DNA of 37,422 nt. Source: Callorhinchus milii. Lineage: Eukaryota. Both the position numbers and the translations under genes were made by a program. The stretch is taken from assembly GCF_018977255.1 (NCBI RefSeq), contig NW_024705519.1, positions 1-37,422 on the forward strand, in the 5' to 3' direction. This document shows positions 24,301-35,164 of this stretch, in pieces. Within the stretch, counting starts at the first letter, position 1; each line of letters opens with the position of its first letter. A model generated the notes under the pieces. That model had not been told where the DNA came from, did no database searches, and worked only from the letters and a program-made list of their open reading frames with translations.

Positions 24301-26360
24301 CATCAGTGTTCCGAGGTCACTCTTCAAGTAACGTGTCACAGATATTACTGGGTCCCTGGTTATGATTATGAATACGCGGCCGGGTGGTCATATCCATAAC
24401 CACATGTAAATTGCAGTTATGACATGGCTGCAGCTTGTCAGATGACAACCCAAAATGATTCGCTGATTGGCTCTCTTGTTTCATCGTTAGACCGCGCGCG
24501 CAGGAATTTAGGCTAGACGTGCCCTGGGGACTAACGAATGCTACTGGCGTGCCATTTCCTTTAATCGTAGCTATTTTGTAGCCTACGTTTGTGTCCAGTT
24601 CCTCAATAACTCGCTATTACTACGTCTTCTTCTAGCAAGGGTATGCTTGAGTCTTTTAAGTCATCCTATGACTCTTGAGCCCTCGAAGTGTGAGAAAGAG
24701 CTTGACGTGCTCGGAAATGTGGTAGTAGTCCGTGTTACGACTTGTAACAGGGCACGTCTACGGCTTTTGACCCAATCGATAGGCCAGCCCCCTGTTCTCT
24801 TAGCGGTGCCTTGTCTCTGTAGGCCGGAGTATCACTTGGTGCCTGGCTCCAAGCCCGAACTCGGTAGAACTCGACAAATAACTTACCGAGGTCGGAGATC
24901 AATAGAAAAAGCTAACGGTGAATATCATGCACACAAACTCCCGAATTAACGATTCTCACTCGAGATGTACCTCCAACTATAGTGTATGTGAGATTGAAAC
25001 GTTTTAATTTGGTCCCCACAAGCACTCGGGTGCCCGTGGCGCTCTTAAGGGATAGTAACTTGAGCGCTCCAATGAGCTATGTTTTCCCAACTACCCCTCT
25101 ACTAGTTCTAGCACTAGACGTATCGGAGTTATGACCGGCCTGAATCTGTTATCAAAACAGGCGGGTGGATCTGCCCGGATTTTCAAGTCAGCAGGCATCA
25201 GATCTCTAAAACAGCTATCGACTGTCAATTATGCTATCATCATCTGTTTCAGGAAAATCTCAATTGGCCTCTTTAAGGACGTGATAACAGTTTCGGGATG
25301 AACCGCACGCACCGGACTGCGATGCGTTCCGGAAGTCCCAGTGACAGCGTCGACTAAATTGACTGAGGACTCACTCCAGAAAAATCGGTCATTAAGGGCT
25401 AGCATTGTTGGCTGCCTGGCGTAAGAATTCTTCCTGCGTCCCCGCGCGGTTCTTTACACGCGACTCGAGCTGGGTACCTTTAGACCCGCTGGGTAAGCCG
25501 ATAGGCCTAGTAGGATGTTCGCGTAGAGCGCAGGCGCGGATCTTTTCAGCCCTCGGGCGGAGGAGGTCGACTAGATTACGCGCTGGCTTACGCGGCTCTG
25601 CAAAGTCGTGAAGTCTCTCAGGCTTTGGATTGAATCCATGTCGGGTGAAACTTGCACCGTAGTTCAGACTACTGCATGTCGAACCTTAATTATCAACCTA
25701 GTACGAATGCGAAACACATTCCCATCAGACACGATCGCTATCCCGTTAGCAGTTCCACCTTCAGAACGCCGTATTCACGGTCGACCTGTGCTACCACTTT
25801 CAGACAGTCATGAAAAAAGATTATCGTATCAGGATTAAGAGGGTTCTACTACTTAAAAGGGAGTGGGTAGGGCTGTACATCCTACGTACCCAAGAATGAG
25901 CCAATTCATATGATCTCAGACAGTTGCTTGTGCGCATACTCCGCGATCAAACCTACCTTGGCAGCTCGGATCCGTGGTGTCTCTTAGGCTGATCTACATT
26001 CCCCGAACACGAACCGGAGTCTTAGCATTCATGGACTACAAAGGTTAGGCATTCTAACGCTCGGTCATTAAACCTTAGTGAGGGGTACAGAAGCCTACAG
26101 TAAAGGACTGACTCTCAGTTTTAGATCGGAAGGATCTCTTTCACATACTTTCTATATACCCCCTGTCGCAATATACCCGTTGCTGTGAGGACGTGCCTAG
26201 CTCGTGGCAGTTTCGGAGACCACGGGTTGCTGGCCACTGCTTCGTACACTAACTTTGCGTCTACCCCAAATCTGTTGGGGTGGGAAACATTGCACACGTA
26301 TAATTATATAGCACCTTCACGCCAGGCGCTTGATGAACATGGCTTACAACACGGTGACAC
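12346..26360. other. ~14-kb featureless, random-looking sequence (probable shuffled/filler/artefact); right boundary approximate
   Basis: No microsatellites, SINE/LINE pieces or recognisable protein motifs seen. Longest ORF in the track is 125 aa. Composition looks even with plentiful CG, TA and CTAG. Starts exactly at the gap. Confidence 0.75.
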
Positions 26361-26372
26361 AGAATGGAATGG

Positions 26373-26639
26373 TGTAGTCGCGAGCTACCAGGTTTTGAGG
26401 AAAGAGTGACAGCAACTACAGAGGGTTTATTTAGGGGATCACGAAAGGGGCTACAGGGGAGGCACAGGAAGGAGTGGAGGGGTGAGGAGGAGGGAAGAGG
26501 ACGAGAATGGGCAATGGAGATGAGCTGTTGAGGCTGTAACCACCCTCCTGCTATTCGAAGGCTCACTGACATGCGGGGGAAGTGGGATACCCATATCGCG
26601 TGCTGACTGAACACGGCAGGTGCAATCAGCTATTCCACA
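26373..26639 (-). mobile_element. Solo LTR, 267 bp
   Basis: TGTAG...CCACA termini flanked by a 5-bp TSD AATGG (26368-72 and 26640-44). AATAAA on the minus strand (TTTATT at 26426-31), ~55 nt from the 3' end. Confidence 0.75.
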
Positions 26640-27683
26640 AATGGAAATATAAATGAAGAGAATTACCAGATGCGTAAAACACGAATCTCACATTAATGAA
26701 TGTGACTACGTCTGTGTGACCACGCCATCCAAAAACAAAGGAAAGCCGCTGCCGCCTACGAATTCAGAGTTTGGGAACGAATGACTGCGACGAAGTGAAG
26801 AGGCGCAAGAGAACGGGCGGCAGCGGTCCAGGCGAGCTACAGCAGGGAGAGGGGTGTTCCGTCAGCACGCACACAACCTGCTGTGGCACACACCGAATCA
26901 CAAGTGGGGGGTGGGGGGGACGCTGGTATACAACCCGAATGGACACTCAAAAGGGCGCAAATGAGCGTGGAGAGGTCGCATGCATAGAATTGCACTGAAA
27001 GACAGAAAGAGTGCCGTACGCATTACAGAGAAAAAATGCAAAGGTTAGTGGCATCATCTTGACTTGGCAGGGGAACTTTAAGTGGGTTTGGGCTTTGGGC
27101 AGTTTCATCTACTAGTGGGACCGATGGGTGAAGTTGCAGACTAAGAGACAGAATGGCAGCTCAAGGTGGAAATGCACCTAAAAGGACACTCTCCCATGGA
27201 GATGGAGTGATAAGTTATCAGTTTGTGTGATGATAAAAATTATAAGCATTATTACCCTTTCTGTAAAACAGAATAATAATAATACAGGAGGTGTTAAGAT
27301 GTTCAAACACCAAATAGACACACCTTTTGCAAGGAATCATCGAGTCTGCATGGCTCACACATCCTGTTTGTGGTAAAACATGCAACAAACACGTTTTGAT
27401 GATGTACACGCTGTCCTTGTGTATATAGTTACGAGACAACCCAACGGGTATGTTTTTTGGCGATCGCACTTTGACCATAGTCATAAACCCCTGAGTACCC
27501 AGTGTAACCACCGGCAGCTGAAACCTCTACTTAAACCCAAGATCTGAACGGTGGCAGCTCAGTTGTTTGGGAGCCTCCAGCACCGTTGTTTGTCATTGTA
27601 TCAAAACAGCATGAGCAGTCCACCAGCTAAGGGAGCCGATGACTAACCAATGTCCTTTCCGTGTGCGTTCTTCGTCCGAGAAG

Positions 27684-28290
27684 ATTTCAGGAGCCCAACC
27701 CTTGATGAAGATTCACTCCACTACCAACTGGACGCAGACGATGGTGGCAAGGCCCTGAGCCTGTCTCGGCCCTCAGGAGGCGGCGGGACGTGACGGAGGG
27801 CTGTGAGGCGTTCTCCTACTGGAGGCAGGCGCTGTGTGAGGAGGGCTACTTCTCTGGGTTACACTACTGGGAGGTGGACGTGAGCGAGTGCGACGGGTGG
27901 TGCGTGGGCATCTGCTGCGGGTCGATGGAGCGGAGGGGCAAAACCAGCGATGCGGAGCTGGGCGGAAATGCCGAGTCGTGGTGCATCGAATACAGAGACG
28001 ATGATGATGACGAGGACGATGGCAACCTGAGTGCCTTTCATGACGCACTGCAAACCAACATTGAAATCAGCTGCGATGGTGGCCGTAGCGGCTGCCACAT
28101 CGACAGGGTGGGCATTCTACTGGACTGTGACATGAACCGACTGTCATTCTATGATGTTTCACAGGCACGGGTCCACTTGCACACCTACTCTTACGTACAG
28201 TTCGGTGCTCCACTCTTCCCTGCGTTCAAAGTGCTAGACGGCAGCATCACAATAGCCTCGTGTCCACGCTCCTGTGCCGGCCTCTGCTAG
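27684..28290 (+). CDS. TRIM terminal exon: PRY-SPRY (B30.2) domain, with apparent 1-nt frameshift at ~27770
   Basis: PRY-like FRSPTLDEDSLHYQL..DDGGKAL in one frame, then AFSYWRQALCEEGYFSGLHYWEVDV...WCVG...LGGNAESWC...RVGILLDCDMNRLSFYDV...PLFPAF to TAG at 28288-90 in another frame. Acceptor position uncertain (27681, 27684 or 27691). Confidence 0.88.
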
Positions 28291-28429
28291 GCTTCTCAGG
28301 AGAGGTGACGTGGACCCAGCATGAGAGCGCTGTGAGCCTTGCTGTGTAGGTTAATCGTTCAGGCACTGTTGCTCCCTGGTTGATTACTGTCATAGATGTG
28401 CACTATTCACTTCACCGTGGACGTAGATT

Positions 28430-28850
28430 TATATAGACTCACATAACTATCCACAGACTCAGTTAAACATAAATAGACTCAAATATCGACCTATCGACAC
28501 CCACAGATTCACATAGATACCCATAGACTCGCATATATACTCATAGACTTGTATACGTACCAACAGATTCACGTACAAATATACAGACTAATATAGATTA
28601 CCAGAGATTTACATACACCCATATACTCACATAGATACCCACAGAGTCACATATAAATTAATAGACTCAAATATAGACCCATATGCTCACATAAATAACC
28701 ACAGATTCATGTAGAAATCAATAGACTCACATAGATACCGATATATTCATATAGATACCCATAGACTCGCATATATACCCATATACTCACATAGAAAACA
28801 ATAGACTCAAATATAAACTCATGGCGTCATACAGAGCCTCATATCTACGT
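28430..28850. repeat. ~10-bp-period ATAGACTC/ATAGATAC low-complexity tract
   Basis: Visible periodicity; reverse complement of the tract at 8290-8900. Confidence 0.85.
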
Positions 28851-28919
28851 GGGAAGTTGTGCTCATATGGTTGGAATCTCGGTTCCCAGGCACAATTATA
28901 TTATGTGTGTTTGTGGACC

Positions 28920-31263
28920 TAATGGAATGTTTGGTTGTGGAGGAGAGGCTCCCTTTCCTCTGTCATGAAATGGACCAGTACTGCCTGGACCTCTGAAATA
29001 CAGGGTCTGGCTTCAAGCATCATGAGGGGTGGACAGTTCTCCACTCGGGGTAGGAAACTGCCAAACAACAGGGAGTGCCACTTCTTTTGACTAAGAAGCT
29101 GTAAGTTACAGGCTACAGTGGACTCACCTCCCCATCAACTAGAGGTGAGCAATGGGAATGGTTGCTTACGCTCCCACCAAAGATGAGCATCAGTAGAGAG
29201 ATGCAGACAAAGCCGATGAGTCAGATGCCTTGTTTAACCTCCTGTCCAAGGTGTTTGCTAAAGTGCCCCCTCAGGATAGAGTCTTCCTGTTTGGTGACTT
29301 TAATGCCTGAGTGGGTCATGATTGGAGTGATCGGAAGGCATGGGTCAGATCAGCTCAATATTAACACGAAGAGGCTGCTAGACATCTGCGCAGCCGATGG
29401 GCTTGTAATTACCAACACCCTGTTCTGGAATCGGCGCATCTACATAACATAATGGATGCACGCCGGGTCCAAGCAAGAACATCTGCTGGACTATATAGGG
29501 CCTACCGTGGAGCTGATCTGCCCACTGACCATCGGTTTGTAATTTGTAGGATGTGCCTGCCATTCTTCTACTCCGGTGGTGGAACCCATTCACACACACA
29601 GTGGCCTGGTATCAGCTAGGTGAGGATAGTTGCAAGCAGCAATTTCAACATCGCTTGCAGCTGGGGTTGGCAGCATCCCCCATCCTGATGCGGAGGGGAA
29701 ATGGGTGAGGTTCATGACTGTGGCTCATGCAGCTGCAATGGCTGCATTGAGTATGTAGTCAACACCTCCCCAGAGACCCCAGCTGAAGAAGGAGGTGTTC
29801 CAGCTGGTTGAGAGAAAACGATAGGCTGACTCCCGTCGTCTACAACATCCAATATCAGAGAATGAGGAGGCTTACCGCAGCCTTAGCTCGGAGATTCGAA
29901 GAGCCATGCAGTGCTGTAAGGATGAGTGGTGGCTGCGGTATGCTGACAGGATGGAATATGCCTCAGTCCGAATCACGAATAACTAAATCCATCATTAAAG
30001 TAATTTGCAGCACCTCACCTATTACTATCCTTAAGGGAAAGAACGGCGATCCAATCTCCGACCCCTTTGAACAGGTCTGTAGGTTTGGAGAGCATTTCTG
30101 TGTGGTCTTGGGGGAGAGTAATTTCCTCAGCCCAGACAACATCATGGGACAAGGTGGGGACGAACCTGACAGGGCTGCGGTGCCTAAAATATTGGCCAAA
30201 GTATCCACCCCTTCTGAGTGGTTAGCTGAAGTGTCAGCTGTGGTGGAAGTACGAGGAGTGATCAAAAGCGCCGGGCAGATACAATCTCCCAAGTGAAATG
30301 CTGGGGGAGGATGGCATCTGTGTGCAAACTACCCTACATGACATCATCACAAATGTCTGGACCACAGGAAGGGTTCCGCAGGATTGGAAGGATGCTATAG
30401 TTGCCCCCCTCTGGCAAAAATTAGTATTCAACATTGCCTTCCCAGGCACGCTGAGGAGATGCTTGCAGAGCCCCAATGGGGTTTCAGGAAAGGGCTGTCC
30501 TGCACAGATGCCATATGTTCTGTCTGTCTGCTACAGCAGAGGTGTAGGGAATTCCCACAAGACCTACATCTCTGCTTTATTGACCTGATCAAGGCCTATG
30601 GCACCATTAAGAGGCCTGGGCTCTGTGCTGTTCTTCGTGCTTTCGGAGTCCCTGACTCTCTGCTCACAATCATTAAGAGCCTTCATGATGGTGGGCAGGC
30701 CCAGGTAAAGCTACATGGCTGGGAGTCAGAGCTGTTCCCAGTACACCTTTGGGTGCGACAGGGATGTCCTCTGGCTCCCACATTTAACATCATCTTTGAT
30801 CACGTAGTTTGAGAAGCTTTATATGGCTGTACCAAATAAATTTCAATCTGGTACAGATACAATGGGAGGCTGATCGATGCTCAGGTGCGGTCGAGGGATG
30901 CCTCCCTATTGGTCAATCATGTTAAATATGCTGATGATCTGATGATTGCTGTTCACTCAGAGAAGGAGTTGGAGGCCCTGCTGCTTGACCTGGAGTGCGC
31001 TATTAAGTGTGCTACTAAGAGGTGGAGCCTTACTATCAGCCCCAGAAAAACTAGGCACCTATACTCTTTGGTTCTGGGTATTTTGTGCCATCAAACATTT
31101 CACTTCCTCAGCTCCCCATTCTTGACGGGGCGGTTGTGGAGAGAGTGGAGAGTTTTCCCTAATTGGGCAGTGTGCTTATTACCAGCTCCGGTTTGACAGC
31201 TGAGGTCTCCGAATTTGCCGGGCGGCACTATCTTTTCATCAGCTGAATAATGCTATGGGGAAG
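28920..31263 (+). mobile_element. RTE-like LINE copy 2, 5' part (APE + RT), degenerate
   Basis: Matches copy 1 over the endonuclease. RT motifs QWGFRKG.SC.DAI, CFIDLIKAYG, VRQGCPLAP and KYADDL, with many stops and frameshifts. Confidence 0.9.
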
Positions 31264-32326
31264 TGTTGTATCTATGCCCTGTTTTCCGTTATTAATATTA
31301 AGAATAATTAAGAAAAAAAAAATTTGGTTTGTATTATATCTATATATATATATATTTTTTAAATGAGGACGGCTCACTTCTCCTCACGGGCACACCGGGA
31401 GTCCATGAGACATGGAGGGCGGTTGAAATGATAGGAATTCGGTCACGAAGAGGTCATAGACATCCAGACGGACAAAAAGATGTATGGACTAAACCTCCCA
31501 AGACATCTGGAGATGTACAGATAAGGTGCAGAGTAAATAACGGTTGAAACTCGCGTTTTCTTAACGTTTTCCTTACCGAAAAGTAGAAACTTAACATAGA
31601 TAATTAACCAACAAACAATAATATTATTATTAGTAATTCCCTTATATTCACCGCATACATATTATTTAGAAGTATATGTTTCCTATCTACACAACCTTCC
31701 GAAAAACTAAAGAGTACGAATTCCAGAAAGCTTAAGTGCATGTGCACTTAACCTCAGGACATAAAAAAAAATAACTCAGAATAAAACACCAATCTCTGGA
31801 GAACTAAACTTGGCGAAGCCCAAAATAATAATGTGACGAGGAGCATTACGAATATTCATTAAACATAGACGAATGATAACCACGATACTAAGACCGAAGG
31901 AACTCATAAAATATAATTCAAGAATAAATGTAACACACAGGACCACATAAATGTATTGCAAACATCTCCTCGACCACCTTTGTCTTCCAGCGGGGTCTGA
32001 CAAGCAAGAAGGGAGCAGAAAGGTCACAAAGGGGGGGGTTTGTGCTGACATTCGAGAACATCTGGTTTTTTTTGTTTATTTTCCCTCGCAAGAGACGCGG
32101 AGAGGGGAGAGGGCGCCCACGTTGGAGTTAAGCACGGCCGTCTTTGTCTCCCCGCAGCACAAACAGATGGCCCAGGAATGCTTGGAGGGTTAGGAAAAGG
32201 TCGCGAGGAGGGATCGCGCCGGTGTCTGCTTCTTCTCGCTATTTTTGTGTTTTTTTTTGTTGCCCGCTCGCAAGGAATGCAGAGAGAAGGGAGTCACGTT
32301 TTAAGTTAGACAGGCACACAGCGAAC

Positions 32327-32577
32327 GAGCAGTCTGGGTTGAGTCGTGCTCAGTCTCGCAACTCGGCGTGCGACGCAGCGTTGCGACGGGGCTCGCAAGA
32401 GAGTTGGGGCAGTCGTGCCTCGAGGAGAGATGGAACGACGAGACATCGTTAAAGTGACAGTCTGAGAGCAGTCTGTTCGAGTCGCGTCTAGTCTCGCAAC
32501 TTGGCTTGCGACGCAGCGTTGCGACGGGGCTCGCAAGAGAGCTGGGGCAAATCGTGCCTCGAGGAGAGATGGAACGA
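32327..32577 (+). repeat. Direct repeat, two ~112-bp copies, 139-bp period
   Basis: GAGCAGTCTG...GCGACGCAGCGTTGCGACGGGGCTCGCAAGAGAG...GAGGAGAGATGGAACGA at 32327-32438 and 32466-32577. Confidence 0.9.
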
Positions 32578-33030
32578 GGAGGGGTCGTTCGAGTCGCAGA
32601 AGTCTGAGTTCAACCTGGGTCGGGGCTGGGTTTCAGCCGTGCTCCGGCTGGTGGAGCGTCGTGAGGAAACGAAACACCGATGCTGATAGCAGGTGTCGCT
32701 TCTCGCAGAACGAAGTTAAGTGCGAGTGAAGCTGGCAGCCGCACGAACAAGGGGAAGCACGGAGCAGAGAGAGAGTGACGAGTGACGACAAGCAATCAAC
32801 CTGTAAAAGGGCGGAGATCGCCAAGCGTCGACCAAGCGAGCAAAGCAGAGAGCGCGAAGCAGTGGAGGAAGCCTGGTCAAACGGCTGCGAGGGAGAGGAC
32901 AGCGCCATCGAATGCGCCGTGTGCCTGAGGGCACACCGACCAACGACCAGTGTGAACACACAAGACGTCCAGAGCGACGGCGAGCATCGTGCCGACTCAA
33001 CAATCAATCGAGCAGTGGAGAAGCCGGGGG

Positions 33031-33368
33031 CTGCCACCCTGCGCCACCGTGCGCCACCTTGCGCCACCGTGCGCCACCCTGCGCCACCGTGCGCCACCTT
33101 GCGCCACCGTGCGCCACCCTGCGCCACCGTGCGCCACCGGGCGCCACCGTGCGCCACCGAGCGACACCGTGCGCCACCCTGCGCCACCGTGCGCCACCGG
33201 GCGCCACCGTGCGCCACCGAGCGACACCGTGCGCCACCCTGCGCCACCGTGCGCCACCTTGCGCCACCGTGCGCCACCTTGCGCCACCGTGCGCCACCCT
33301 GCGCCACCGTGCGCCACCGGGCGCCACCGTGCGCCACCGAGCGACACCGAGCGACACCGAGCGACACG
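33031..33368. repeat. GC-rich decamer minisatellite (GCGCCACCNN), ~34 units, with 60-bp higher-order period
   Basis: Direct inspection. The 60-mers starting at 33121 and 33181 are identical. Confidence 0.95.
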
Positions 33369-34440
33369 AGCGACCGAGCATCTTCAAGGACAGCATCGTG
33401 CCAACTCATCATCTAGCAGTAGAGAGAGAGAGCGCACGAGCAGCACCAAGCCCCCGGAACCATCAAGCGCCAAGCAAGCAAGTTTCTTCAAGGAACATCG
33501 TGCCAACGCCGCTCAATCCAGCAGTGGAGAGAGAGAGAGCAAAAGCCGAGCGACACGCCGAGCGAGGGAGCTGCAGGAGCAGAGCGGCGGCCACGCCCAA
33601 CCCAGAGAAAACTTCTGGCCGCTGTTCGTATCCTCCCACACCACACAAGCTAACGACACAATTAATATTACGAGGGGACAACGCACACACAGTACGCACA
33701 CGAATAAGACTTTAAAAGAAAAACTGTCTTTGCGTTTCAAAAAGGGTTGCCATTTCGAGGTGGTGCGTTCAATATAAACTGATCGTGCAAAGCAGTTGCT
33801 GCCGTCGAGTTACATGAATAAGAAATGTTTTGGTCATTCATATTAGGTAATCGTATAATATCGTAAATGCATAAGTGTTTAGTCATTCATTTTCGTTAAC
33901 TGCATAATTTCGCCAATGAAGAAGTATTTTTAGTCATTCAATTTCGTTAATTGCATAAGATTGCCCATGAATTTATTGACGTATACTCGCTTTCGCATAC
34001 TAGAGTGTCATGTGCTTGTTTAGAATTAAAATTGCTTAACACCAACTGTTCGAGTGCTTCTTTCCAAGTCCATGCAAAACTGTCTTATTCTTGACAACTG
34101 TATCCTGTGATGAGATCTGAAACTGGTGACCTGAAATATCATAACACACACTAAGATAATCGGTAAACGTTTAATCGATGATAATCGTGTTATCATGATT
34201 GATATAACTCTGGATAAACGAAGCTGAGCCTAATTATCACAACTGCACACAATAACACAACCGCAAGCATCCGCATAAATTACTACGATTATCATAATTT
34301 ATGCATATAATTACACGCATTATCATAATGTATGCATATTAATACACACACTATCATAATTAATACGATTTGCGCATTTTTCGGAAAATTTTTAATTTTT
34401 ATTATTTTTATCAAAATTTCATAACCCAACACATACAACA

Positions 34441-35155
34441 GAAGCTACCTGTTCTGTTGCTCCACACAAAGCTTCGGGTCTTCTCGGCCACAGTCATGCT
34501 CTTCTCTACGCTTGTGAAAGTGGACCCCTTTATTGGAACATATGCGTTGGTTAGAAACATGCAGCTGGCCTGCCAACGATCCATCCTGGGTTTAACCAGG
34601 CTGGATTGTGTGAGGGGCTCGCAAATCCTCGAAAGATCTGGATACATTCTCATCAGTGAGCTCCTCTGGCAGGTAAGGCTGTGTTGACTGACTCACGTAG
34701 TCCAAATGCCCAGCCATCGCATGGCCAAGCAACTTCTGTTTGACCAGATAGAGGAGGCTAAACGAGCATTTCCCGGCCTGTAGAAGAGATGGACTAATGC
34801 GGTTCGGGATGATGTTGCACTGATTGGACTTGCCAAAGACTCGTGCCAGCGGTGTTAAGATCAGCCTCGATATAAGAGGCTAGTGAAGGACAGTTGGAGG
34901 CAGTTGCCCTCAAACAACAATGGAGGACAGAGGAGCGATGCTCGCAACAACAAGCGGAGCGCCGGGTGGCTTAAATGCAGCAAGTTGGCACAGTATACAT
35001 CTTCCAATTATCTCAGTCATTCAACCCATGGCACCTGCGTCTGTCAGCGAGCCTTCAACACTTCACGTGGCCTTACAGTGCACCTGGCTTGGTACAGGCG
35101 CCATGGTGACATCACCATCAGTTTGTGGTGAATGGCGGGTATTGGTAATGGTATA
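34441..35155 (+). mobile_element. RTE-like LINE copy 2, 3' part
   Basis: HTKLRVFSATVM, RSILG..RLDCV, an R..KQLLF motif, and a C-terminal CVCQRAF...GL..H zinc-finger-like motif. Confidence 0.8.
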
Positions 35156-35164
35156 ACAAATTGT

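Larger units (their letters stand above)
31264..34440. mobile_element. 3177-bp non-coding TG...CA element (long solo LTR or Ginger-like non-autonomous element) inserted in the RTE
   Basis: Termini TGTTGTAT...ATACAACA form a perfect 8-bp inverted repeat. 4-bp TSD GAAG at 31260-63 and 34441-44. RTE coding sequence stops and resumes exactly at these points. Confidence 0.85.

Noticed and set aside
12346..26360. Dozens of 60-125-aa ORFs suggesting a viral, phage or novel operon
   Set aside because: They have no recognisable motifs, no strand or packing bias, many non-ATG starts, and lengths as expected by chance in ~50% GC random sequence.
33031..33368. CRISPR-like array
   Set aside because: It is a contiguous tandem decamer with no unique spacers, no cas genes, and a eukaryotic context.
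32633..33777. Overlapping 213-267-aa ORFs on both strands
   Set aside because: They arise from the stop-free GC decamer array and have no domain content.
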